A DNA stretch of 64,000 bases, taken from an uncultured Rhizobiaceae bacterium (GTDB lineage Bacteria; Pseudomonadota; Alphaproteobacteria; UBA7879; VGCX01). Position numbers and translations under genes: made by a program. Positions 44,201 through 51,334 of the stretch are shown here, in pieces. Location of the stretch: the NCBI GenBank assembly GCA_964350815.1, contig CAYGKW010000001.1, forward strand, positions 156,120-220,119, in the 5' to 3' direction. The notes below the pieces were generated by a model that had not been told where the DNA came from, made no database searches, and saw only the letters and a list, made by a program, of their open reading frames with translations. Each line of letters opens with the position of its first letter. The stretch's first letter is position 1.

Positions 44201-44587
44201 CCGTGAAGCCCCCCTTTTTGATGCAGAGGCAACTGATGCTAAATCTCCAGAATCTGTTTTCCTAAATTGTTCTGAGGTTTCCCATTGGGGGGTTCCCGCC
44301 TTATCCAGCTGACGTATACGAACCTCAAACCCAGGCAAAGTTTTTGCAAACCCATCTGCGCCATCAGCATCAACAAGTTTTCCCTCCACACTTTTAAGTT
44401 TTTTTAAATTTGAAAATCTTCCTGGCAGATGTCGGACTTCAACTTCGATATCTTGCATCGCACAGGCACAAACGGCCAGCATGTTTTGAAAGATAAATGT
44501 AAACAGAACTGTATAAACCACAATCCTTTTGCTTGGTCTTAGCGCCTTAACCGCCCTGTTAAAGATGTTCTTTGTTCTATTGTTCAT
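38258..44587 (-). CDS. Giant polymorphic toxin (2109 aa): signal sequence, a long beta-helical or filamentous repeat region, a Gly/Ala-rich pre-toxin segment and a C-terminal WHH-family HNH-superfamily nuclease domain
   Basis: N-terminal hydrophobic signal or anchor (VVYTVLFTFIFQNMLAVCACA). More than 1000 aa of degenerate G/S/T-rich repeats. The C-terminus ...NYTWHHHQEAGRMQLMKRVPHRETGHKGGMNTWGE fits the WHH nuclease signature. An immunity gene follows immediately. Confidence 0.7.
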   Translation of the reverse strand: MNNRTKNIFNRAVKALRPSKRIVVYTVLFTFIFQNMLAVCACAMQDIEVEVRHLPGRFSNLKKLKSVEGKLVDADGADGFAKTLPGFEVRIRQLDKAGTPQWETSEQFRKTDSGDLASVASASKRGASRIAAVPKKGGMECSLSTEKIPEFPLSFVLMPDGKVEVINLNESQTRFTIRLSQDVTFSGYKDAYVAAGLKVMAPGLSVEQDFMTVALEAVMTGGPTSTGFKLAKGNEVHGLSRFMAYGSRFDSAGELSVYGGGEAHQSLIATDYFINRETGIIDARSTMDADNWLSILSAHYVNDGKITAERLTETVESAYAQRGEVETSVDHTLGLSGEGHIAGSVKAKHFVLERGALTLDKGGVLDTDTGSMDFDVLSIEGDLRAENRLDLTGRSLLVAESAKLFSRSDQLFSTMAEGLTVAGLVSARLGVQLKSQGRLYHAKTGIMASDGKVELDFSEGNLEGKYSSLSKDSEGTALQLADLIIRSRGAFAYDPERLRAARLLDMTFDALPDLREGIRTSSALQLRVNSGLGTLGLEKPIFAKGGVDLKAPGVGVVFAGEAASFESEKDISVESKSLDLKGRVLSKEGGFTAEIEEALKIRSDIEATRIVLNSASLRFGLTKDLRPLKRVFFPDPLTNLSFPEREVVKRALTRKGVTLGMFKRIDLGKIYKECFSPGKKMRQKRRDFSNALNRLIREARAAEIAEAREDAAWERERHFLMPFVTATSDLGAAKASLVLEADTMDLESARLQSSGAISITNKNTGDFRLPERFKANGYHVDTHGNIIIERPLRVEGEYGLRLTTPKTLRVGRGGHLVEVYTLRGPLELSAHLLDLRWARLFSEQDMALTSKTDIILGTGKLSSKTHHRDGERPVEFYLPNGAYLQTSGSAGFYFGNQMLIDNASVHIIGNMRLGHFDRTSPSVLFKLIAAHLRVDGNAYPHVRKIENTIYDIFRKEYGLEGAYTKAYFDAETSRPSHIRIARDLIADRMPNVRNVSSIVNIIGKIAVAGTVVSPSGFFRNETREIESDSHHQKGGWKNGCYRKTRTATIADIIVGRDAAISADGVIQTGRFRAGGVATFRGSHDFYSENIDPEGRQGGIRLSWPELDSVLYKRNPDPRGPVMIPRAPIRLRYGLPINPQMVFVHPGVYFPRDRPVRQYLSPEALDHVLAMQVGTDIEVSKLSPPALLAYLENNTQTFMEKGHLALPMSRPQSLLMDAEVKETRMVPMNPMTTMSMINPSHVDKPMILWGIQMMDGYPTMMPAFIRRIDTTPTGHTSARRLQLFYGNKIHLVGGTVQGKEALKARAPRLTMQAAYYTTMYQIDEDTHEEGHVPVRASAIAGEGKKLGEFDIKVDETLMAGARARGRGTFHSDRLRAIGAVQTTTRKHVSRESGFSGKRKEEIDSEQKHVRDSFEGELNEEGDDADLTGVHFEGRHKWRYPQIFLRAPQDRRYHMSQTFERGFAVNTSKIRTDDSTTYGPAVTTDGFVRFAADGILVEDPRMRPMNMNSIDLASGNIVRRWVSDRHHSYSDTQYSAGAGLQVGIAIAAGLATGGIGSTWSSAFLAGAAQGASAAAISHLATSAINGQDPFTRDLIQTIALQAVTQGLTQGALHSAYGSVNAEGIRFIPRATTFGGHLGRAAIQTGVSTGVNWAVHGGRGSDILTQAGLSIASATAGSYGASTIGDAYWHGGVGYVGHKVLHAGLGAATGALSSWDNPWVGAASGAAAAMTAEMVMEAAIGSPAELRKAYGNDKPVKLWDAREPSSTLRQRAEWVQGVTRVGIVLGTAYAGGNPYISDATADRAIRNNTMSMLSRMEEVITDESGDMHVVDVADDIYEAGGIALGRLGRTSIPGVGSLIELTQKVPLVTRNLRAALAYSGVGDSGFSYSERIAMHQAAMRVPDISLGQTLDVMLPHTFGELAFDMGIGYGTYGIGKLGHMGWNTWKLSRARHLAHLDRGPYNPRTMLRMLESHYREVHPHTLLRAGERNAHLAGSRHPTTGVPFDARGFPIFDEHVVFETRVTESLRSGISVSHMKEGTRHLRQLIRQGKFNSEKFTVAELEAVLQGKARIPNYTWHHHQEAGRMQLMKRVPHRETGHKGGMNTWGEVNVEK

Positions 44588-44877
44588 AATCCACCTGTAC
44601 TTGTCTTATTGTTTATAGAAATGTTCTTGTATGAAGTAGGATATTTATACGGACACCAGATCTGTGAGTAAAGACCAAAACAAAAACATTTCCCGTTATT
44701 TTTTTATTTGTTTTTTATTGAGAAGGATAAGGTCGTTTGAAAAACTGCCTCCTGTTATTTTTTACTTAGATTGGAATCTGTAACCTATTTTTCAAGTTTA
44801 AATATGAAATATAATAAAAGTTATGGTTATAAACCTTGATTGAATTTTAAAAAGACACTTAAAAAAAACCATAAAAA

Positions 44878-44898
44878 TATCAGATTTATCAGATTTCG
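44878..44898 (+). repeat. 21-bp direct repeat TATCAGATTTATCAGATTTCG (copy 2, upstream of the toxin gene)
   Basis: Exact match to 37499..37519. Together the two copies bracket the toxin, the immunity gene and the orphan fragment (about 7.4 kb). Confidence 0.6.
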
Positions 44899-44919
44899 TT
44901 AACCTATCTTAGCCTTTGT

Positions 44920-45090
44920 GAAACATCTCTGTTTCAGCATTTGTTTCCATGGTGTTTCAGATGAATCGCTGTACACAGGTCTTTTTCTATAGACGTTTCA
45001 TCTTTTGTTTCATAGGCGTCTCAATTTAATAACAAGTGTTTCACTGTTCCATTCCTATAGAGTGAAACAATGAAACAAACTTCATGTAAC
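44920..45090. repeat. Iteron-like array of GTTTCA/TGAAAC motifs; putative replication origin of the island
   Basis: At least nine copies of (T)GTTTCA(C/T) or its complement lie within 170 bp, immediately 3' of the primase-helicase gene. P4-type origins sit in the same position. Confidence 0.3.
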
Positions 45091-47037
45091 TTATTTGGCA
45101 ACCAATACTTCTGCCTCCATCTTCTTTATCACCCTATGCGCCTTGCTAGAACTAATATCAAGTTCCTTAGCAATTTCACGTCGGGACATTCCTTCTTGCT
45201 GAAGCTCCCATACTTTTTTCTCTAAAATATTTTCTATATCATTAACTTGCCATGCTAAAGCCTCATCTTCTTCTGTTATCAAAGTTAACTCAAAAGGTTT
45301 AGATGACTCTCCATAAAAACCCCTTGCCTTTTGGTAGTGAAGTTCAAAAGTTGCCCCATTATGCTCTTCTTTGTCATTGCTTTCTTTTAATTCAATAACA
45401 GTATCTAATGAATCTTCTTTTCTTGAAGTTCCCCTTTGCTTTCCATTTTTATTTGCATGATGGATAATAAGAACAGATATTCCACGACACCTTAACGATA
45501 AAAGCCATTCAAGAATCAATACCCAACTATCACTGTCATTTTCTTTATAAGAGCGGCACAAAGAAGAAAGATTATCGAGGATTAATAACTCTACACCTTC
45601 CAAATGCTCTTCAATATATGATTGCCCTTCTTGGGTTGATAAATCTGGCATCGAATGCTCTTGTTGATCGGGGGTAATAATATGAAGTTTTTTTAAATCC
45701 CTTTCCTTGCACCCATACCCTCTACTAATAGACCTTATTCTTTCTTGTAATGAAACCTGGGACATTTCTCCATCCAAAAACAAGACTTTCCTTGGAGATG
45801 GCGCTTTCCATCGACCATCAAACATTTCTTTTCCAGAAACAACAGCACATGCGATAGACAAACTTAAGAATGTTTTTCCAATACCAGGTTTTGCAAATAT
45901 CATCGCTAAACCCTGTTCTGGGATAATAGGGCCTAAAATCATTTCTCTTGGACGAAGGGGAATTGTTAAAAAATCCAAGGCATTATTACATCTTAATCTT
46001 CTTCTGTTTAAAGCATCCTCAATTTGCTTTTTAACTTCCTCTAACCCTTCTAAAACATGTAGATCATTAAAGTCTTTTGGATGCGTCTTTGTTTCCTTAA
46101 ACTGAGGCAATACCATTTTACACCCATATCGACTAGCAACTGATTGAGCAGCTTCTTTCCCTGTATTCTTTCCTTTCCACTGATCATTATCACCAGCTAT
46201 TAGAAAAGAATGGTATAGATACTGATCACGGAAAACCTTAACTACAGGATCAATATTCCCGGCATCAAAACAGATAATAACTGGATAGCCAGTTGCTTCA
46301 TGAATAGAGGCTGCTGTGGCATATCCCTCTGAAAAAATAATTGGCTTAGTTTTGTTAGCTTCAATCGTTCCTATTATATGAAAGCATCCTTGCTTACGCC
46401 CGCCAGTTTTAAACCATTTATCCCTGCCATTTTTATCTCTCTTCTCTGCTATTCTCTGATAACTCCATATCTTTCCATAAATATCCTGCAACGGTATAAC
46501 CAGATAGCTTTGATTGATACGAACGCCATAGGGATTAACATGCTTTATCTGTAAATAGGTGTGACAGTCTTTTGACTGAACTTCTCTAAAACTTTCCAAG
46601 TCTTTTACTGCTTGTTCAGCAATTTCTTTTTGGGATTTAAGGCGCCTTTCTTCTCTTTCTTTTTTTGCTGCAACAATTTTGGATTGAATTTCCTTCCACT
46701 GTTCTGGATTTAGGAGTTGTCTATCTTTTTTGAACCAGAGAACTTTAGGTAAATTACCACTCCAATCCCCAATTACTCCCCAAGTTAGGCCTGCAATATA
46801 CCAACACCTTTTTTTCTTGCCAAAGCGATGAACATTCTCATCATGCTGTATAGAAAGGGGAATGTCATATCCTGACAACCTAAAACAATCTTCAAATATT
46901 TCCGCTTCACATCTAAACTCATTTCCAAAATCAAAAGTCTTTGTTTGATGTTTAGAACCAAAATTGGTATTGTTACTATTGAAACTACTATCACGTCCGC
47001 CTCGACCAAAGGCGGGCTTTTTTATGCCATTACTCAT
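45091..47037 (-). CDS. Replication protein: TOPRIM primase domain fused to a P-loop (RepA/D5-like) helicase, with a C-terminal HTH
   Basis: TOPRIM-like segment VIICFDAGN...LIAGDNDQWKG. Walker A FAKPGIGKTFLSL and Walker B LLILDNLSS. C-terminal HTH MSRREIAKELDISSSKAHR. Likely start at M13 (47037), 2 nt after the alpA stop. Confidence 0.7.
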   Translation of the reverse strand: MSNGIKKPAFGRGGRDSSFNSNNTNFGSKHQTKTFDFGNEFRCEAEIFEDCFRLSGYDIPLSIQHDENVHRFGKKKRCWYIAGLTWGVIGDWSGNLPKVLWFKKDRQLLNPEQWKEIQSKIVAAKKEREERRLKSQKEIAEQAVKDLESFREVQSKDCHTYLQIKHVNPYGVRINQSYLVIPLQDIYGKIWSYQRIAEKRDKNGRDKWFKTGGRKQGCFHIIGTIEANKTKPIIFSEGYATAASIHEATGYPVIICFDAGNIDPVVKVFRDQYLYHSFLIAGDNDQWKGKNTGKEAAQSVASRYGCKMVLPQFKETKTHPKDFNDLHVLEGLEEVKKQIEDALNRRRLRCNNALDFLTIPLRPREMILGPIIPEQGLAMIFAKPGIGKTFLSLSIACAVVSGKEMFDGRWKAPSPRKVLFLDGEMSQVSLQERIRSISRGYGCKERDLKKLHIITPDQQEHSMPDLSTQEGQSYIEEHLEGVELLILDNLSSLCRSYKENDSDSWVLILEWLLSLRCRGISVLIIHHANKNGKQRGTSRKEDSLDTVIELKESNDKEEHNGATFELHYQKARGFYGESSKPFELTLITEEDEALAWQVNDIENILEKKVWELQQEGMSRREIAKELDISSSKAHRVIKKMEAEVLVAK

Positions 47038-47242
47038 GATCACCCCCCTCTTTAACAGTCGTATTATTTTCAATAAAATTCATTAAGTCCGACAATCGAT
47101 ACTTTGCTAATCGCCCCACCTTGACCATCGGCAACCCATAACGTTTGTTACAAGCCCATACGGCCAAAGTACCTTCTGTTGTTCCTAAAAGTTCAGCTGC
47201 TTCTTTCCGATTGAGAAGCTTATTAGTTTGTTCTATTTTCAT
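47030..47242 (-). CDS. alpA: AlpA-family transcriptional regulator / excisionase (Phage_AlpA HTH)
   Basis: 70 aa, LLNRKEAAELLGTTEGTLAVWACNKRYGLPMVKVGRLAKYRLSDL, the classic prophage CP4-57 AlpA fold. Confidence 0.75.
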   Translation of the reverse strand: MKIEQTNKLLNRKEAAELLGTTEGTLAVWACNKRYGLPMVKVGRLAKYRLSDLMNFIENNTTVKEGGDHE

Positions 47243-47310
47243 AGGCTTTATTCCTCTTAAAGTTAAAACTACCTATGTTAATAATCATTCTGAATTGTTG
47301 AAAAAAGACC

Positions 47311-47324
47311 GTTCGCTAGCGAAC
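47311..47324. promoter_or_regulatory. 14-bp perfect palindrome GTTCGCTAGCGAAC upstream of alpA (candidate operator)
   Basis: Perfect dyad about 70 bp upstream of the alpA start codon, in an AT-rich intergenic region. Confidence 0.25.
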
Positions 47325-47630
47325 CTACCTAAAAATTTTAGAGGTTGGACTAGATAAGTTACCTGGAGGTTGTTTGTATTGGCGAAATAAGCAGCAGAGG
47401 TAGCAAATATAAATAAGAAAAGTTATGGATTTTTGTGCTAAAGTAACAGGATGAGTAGTAGTAGAAGTTAGCATTAGCCATCTTCAGTGATTCTTAATTA
47501 TTAAAAAGTTCACAGACAGCAATTTTACCACTTCTTGAAAGAAGTGAATTCAGATTCACTTTTTGTTTTTCTAGTGACAATTGAAGCTTTTGAGGGAACT
47601 GTGTATTTTTGTTAACTCTTAGTTCCTTTA

Positions 47631-48626
47631 TCAAGGCCAACCAAAAAAATAACCTCTATTTTTGGTTAGCCAATTTTCAATTTCAATAAGCTTCTCAATA
47701 ATTTTTTTGGAGGGAATACCTATATGAATTTCTTTATCTTTCCCTTTCTCGTGTTCATTAATCCATTTTATAATGGTCTTGATGCCCTGCTCTTCTGAAA
47801 TTAAATGTTTATCCCCACTATCTTTCAATTTTTCATAAATTGCAGTTGCTGCTTCGGTTTTATTCTTATAGTTATTTTTATTTTCATCCCAATGCTTAAT
47901 TGCAAATTCATTTGATTTTTGAAATTTGTTATTCCATCGTTTTTGGAACCCTTTCTTTCTTGATTTTAGCTCCTTCCAAATCAGAGCAATTCTTTGATTA
48001 GACATAGTATTATAATCTTCAAAAAAAGTTTTAGGTTCAGAAAATTTTCCATGGCGCGTCCAGGAATTATATGAATTACAATGTTCTATCGGTGACCATG
48101 AAGTTTGATTATTAAACTCTTGATAGGCTTTTGAAGCAACTTTTATCCAACTCACTTGATGCATATTAATTTTTAACGAATATTCAGAATTATGCACGGT
48201 GTTTTTTTGGATAGATATATACTCCCCTAGGGATATAAGAAAGATGACAGGAAAGATATCCTTTAACATTAAATCAGTCCAACCTTCATCTTTTAGGTTT
48301 AAAAAAAATTCCTCTTTATTCCATTTATAATATAAATTAAATACATCGAAAAAATCAGGATTCTTAGTTTCTGTACATCTTTGAAAGTGAACTTCATTTC
48401 TAATATTTCTCAATTTAGAAAGTATTCCCTCTTGATTTGTATCAATTAGATTTTCCAAAAAATAAGCTAAGTTTAATATTTCTTCTGTAGAAAATCTTCT
48501 TTGCTTAAAATACTCATTAACATGCCAGAGTTCATGTTGAAAAGGTAGATTATAATCTTCTAATAATGATTTATAATTCTCACCTAGGAGTTCTGAAATA
48601 ACCTCTTGGTATGATTTAGTTTTCAT
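47631..48626 (-). CDS. Hypothetical protein (island cargo, unknown function)
   Basis: 331 aa, W/Y/K-rich, no recognisable motif. Its start overlaps the integrase stop (ATGA). Confidence 0.5.
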   Translation of the reverse strand: MKTKSYQEVISELLGENYKSLLEDYNLPFQHELWHVNEYFKQRRFSTEEILNLAYFLENLIDTNQEGILSKLRNIRNEVHFQRCTETKNPDFFDVFNLYYKWNKEEFFLNLKDEGWTDLMLKDIFPVIFLISLGEYISIQKNTVHNSEYSLKINMHQVSWIKVASKAYQEFNNQTSWSPIEHCNSYNSWTRHGKFSEPKTFFEDYNTMSNQRIALIWKELKSRKKGFQKRWNNKFQKSNEFAIKHWDENKNNYKNKTEAATAIYEKLKDSGDKHLISEEQGIKTIIKWINEHEKGKDKEIHIGIPSKKIIEKLIEIENWLTKNRGYFFGWP

Positions 48627-49798
48627 TTTGACCTACCTTCCTCAGTCACATTCATAAGCATTGCGCTGGTGGCACGGTTAACTGATTCCCTTACTGGATC
48701 AATATTTAATCGAGCATAAATGGCTGTTGCTTGTTGTGTTTTGTGTCCTAAAGATTTCCCAATGACATAGCTGTTGGCTCCAGTGGCCGCTTGCCAGCTC
48801 CCTAATGTTCTTCGTAAATCATGCAATCTTAAGTCTGTCAGATTTGCTTCTTCTAATATTCTTTTCCAGACACGCTTTGGTTCTTCTAAGTGTCCTGACT
48901 GGCTAGTTTTACTGGGAAATACCCAATCATTTTCTTTATAGATATGGCGTTGACGAAGAATTTTGATAATGTCAGACGATAATGGAATAAGATGCGATTC
49001 CCCATTCTTTGTTTCTGGTATGTTCCAAGTCTCCTTATTAAGGTCCACATCTTGCCAACGCATACTTAAGACATTTCCCTTGCGAGCCCCTGTTAAAAGA
49101 CACACCATAAAAAAGTCTGTAAATAATTTATTGGGTTCTTTTGCCAGAGCTTGAAAGAAACGTGATAGTTCTTCTCCTTGTAAAAATCTTTCGCGACTTT
49201 TTTCTTTAAACTTCTTAATACCTTCGACAGGTGATTTTCCATCCCATCCCCAATCCATGGCTTTATTAAACATAACCCCTAAAAGAGCCAACATACGATT
49301 TGCAGCATAAACTCCATTTACCTTTCCTACATTTGAATGGAGTGCTTCAAAGTCAGCTTTATGAAAACTAGAAATCTTTCTTTTCTTTAAATGAGATAAA
49401 TAAAGGCGATAAATATTTTCATCATTCTTCCAAGACTTTTTATGAAGCTTTGCATGTCCCTCTAGGTATCTTTCAAAAAGCTCCCCAAAAGTTAACTCTG
49501 CTTTTAATTTTGATTTCTCACGATTAGGATTTTTGCCTAGAGAAATTTGTGAATTTATACTTGAAGCTTGTCCACGTGCATTTTCAACAGACAGATCAGG
49601 ATAATACCCCAACATAATACGTTCAGGCCGACCTTTAACCTTTCGGTAGACATAAAAAGTTTTTGTTCCTTTGCTTGTAACGGAAATAATAAGAGCACGT
49701 ACTTTTGTATCATAATAATAAAATCTCTTCCCTTGTGGTGGTAAAGGAAGAACCTCCAAAGCTTTCTTAGTAAAGTTAATTTTGTTATCAGTCTTCAT
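48623..49798 (-). CDS. int: Tyrosine site-specific integrase (phage/P4-type)
   Basis: 391 aa. C-terminal catalytic box ...HDLRRTLGSWQAATGANSYVIGKSLGHKTQQATAIYARL (R..HxxR..Y). N-terminal arm-binding-like domain. Adjacent to attR. Confidence 0.9.
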   Translation of the reverse strand: MKTDNKINFTKKALEVLPLPPQGKRFYYYDTKVRALIISVTSKGTKTFYVYRKVKGRPERIMLGYYPDLSVENARGQASSINSQISLGKNPNREKSKLKAELTFGELFERYLEGHAKLHKKSWKNDENIYRLYLSHLKKRKISSFHKADFEALHSNVGKVNGVYAANRMLALLGVMFNKAMDWGWDGKSPVEGIKKFKEKSRERFLQGEELSRFFQALAKEPNKLFTDFFMVCLLTGARKGNVLSMRWQDVDLNKETWNIPETKNGESHLIPLSSDIIKILRQRHIYKENDWVFPSKTSQSGHLEEPKRVWKRILEEANLTDLRLHDLRRTLGSWQAATGANSYVIGKSLGHKTQQATAIYARLNIDPVRESVNRATSAMLMNVTEEGRSK

Positions 49799-49800
49799 TT

Positions 49801-49820
49801 GGTGCTACCCTGGTGCTACT
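49801..49820 (+). repeat. Inner 20-bp direct repeat GGTGCTACCCTGGTGCTACT (copy 2)
   Basis: Identical to 35823..35842. Begins 3 nt upstream of the integrase ATG (minus strand). Confidence 0.5.
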
Positions 49821-49938
49821 CTCTAGGTTAAATTTAGTTAATTTCAGTTGACTTTAGTAAAGAGTGGAATACCATAAAATATAAGGCTGGTAAAGAGAAA
49901 TTAAACTTTGTTAAATTTGAGAAAATGTATGACTTTAA

Positions 49939-49985
49939 GACTCTTAATCAGCGGGTCACAGGTTCGAATCCTGTAGTGCCCACCA
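49939..49985 (+). repeat. attR: 47-bp duplicate of the tRNA-Lys 3' half
   Basis: Exact copy of 35727..35773. Similarity to the tRNA stops abruptly 5' of the anticodon loop. Confidence 0.8.
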
Positions 49986-50168
49986 TTCAAATTAAAATTT
50001 GTCAGTCTATTCTAGAACTATTGGTAAAAGAGAGAGACATCAATGAAAAACCAATTTCTAAAATTTATATTTTTGATATTTTTCACCACTGGATTTTTCC
50101 ATAGCACAGATGCCAAAAACAACTGCAACAATAGCCTTCCAATAAACTTAGATAAAATAAGAGTATAA

Positions 50169-51203
50169 TATAATCTACAAGCCTTTGCCGTTGGTTTTGT
50201 TGACATTAAAAATATTAACACTTGGGTTATTAGTAATGATACTCCAAGGAGTAAACCCAGACTTAAAAGCAAATGGCTTTTTGCCTCTAACACAAAACCG
50301 ATGACAGCCCTACTTATTGCAAAATTGGTGGAACAAGGTAAACTTACTTGGTCATCAAAAATCAAAGATATCTTTCCTGAGCTTTCAAATCAATCTCTTG
50401 CAGAGTTCAATGAAATCACAGTTGAACAGCTTCTGTCACATTCAGCAGGGCTGGCTAAAGATAGCCCTGGTATATTTGAATCTCTCGAAAACTGGCCAGG
50501 ATATATTAAACATATTGATACAATGAACGCGCACATTTTAGAAAATAAAAACCGACCCCTTACAGATCAACGATTAGATGTTCTGGCAGATTTTGGAAAG
50601 AAAAAACTTAAACACCCCAAAAATGAATTTCATTATTCAAATGTTGGATATGTTATTTTGGGGGCAATTATAGAAAAGGTGACCGGCCTTAGTTATGAAA
50701 CAGCGATGACCAAGCTTTTATTTAAACCTTTAGGAATAGACTCAGCTGAATTCAAACTTTCTGATGACTCTGTCCCTCCTACTAAACTTAATGGGCATTA
50801 CTTTACAAATCAACCTAGGCAAAAAGTTATGCTACTTGCTTTATGAATCCAGCGGGTGGGGTTTATATTGCAATAAATGATTGGGCTTTTTTCATCCAAG
50901 AACTTATTAATGGGCTTGCAGGTAAAAGTACTTACTTGAAAAAAGAAACTTATAAAAAAGTTATTTACACCGGTTATTAATGACAGGACACTAACACACA
51001 AAATTATTGATGGAGAATTATCCCATCTTGGAACAGATCTTTTATCAACTTCTATTTCAAAAATAGACATCAAAAAGAAAACTGGGGTCTTGTTTGTCAT
51101 AAACAGAGGGTTTAATTATTCTCTTCCCCCCAGTCAGTATAAACAGACCCCAGTGTTTAAAGCTTTTAATGAGACAAAGTTACTGCCATTTCATGAATTA
51201 TAA
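50169..51203 (+). pseudogene. Beta-lactamase / PBP4*-family serine hydrolase pseudogene (frameshifted, no start codon)
   Basis: SxxK motif in FASNTKPMTA (about 50275..50300). Reading continues through frameshifts near 50846 and 50980 (NPAGGVYIAINDW..., then ...KKTGVLFVINRGFNYSL). No ATG upstream in frame after the stop at 50166. Confidence 0.5.
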
Positions 51204-51334
51204 AACATTATGCTTCTTAACTATCAATATCTGAGTCCATTTGTTGAAAATCCACCACCTTCGTTTACTAGAAAAAAACCGGGGCCACCGGCTTTTTATC
51301 TACATTGAACTTTAATGGAATCTCATGACAGTGT

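Larger units (their letters stand above)
35774..49985. mobile_element. About 14.2-kb tRNA-Lys-integrated genomic island (P4/PICI-like: integrase, AlpA, primase-helicase, TerS-like) carrying a polymorphic toxin and immunity cassette
   Basis: A tyrosine integrase, an AlpA regulator and a TOPRIM primase fused to a P-loop helicase lie between perfect 47-bp tRNA 3'-end direct repeats. Housekeeping genes flank it on the left and decayed DNA on the right. Confidence 0.75.

Noticed and set aside
38258-44587. Calling the giant toxin a CdiA/two-partner-secretion exoprotein
   Set aside because: No NPNGI or NPNL TPS-domain motif after the signal sequence, no VENN or (Q/E)LYN pretoxin motif, and no tpsB/cdiB gene nearby. 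It is left as a polymorphic toxin with an unknown export route.
50018-50365. 115-aa minus-strand ORF next to attR
   Set aside because: It overlaps the 5' region of the serine-hydrolase pseudogene and is hydrophobic low complexity. Probably a chance frame in AT-rich DNA.
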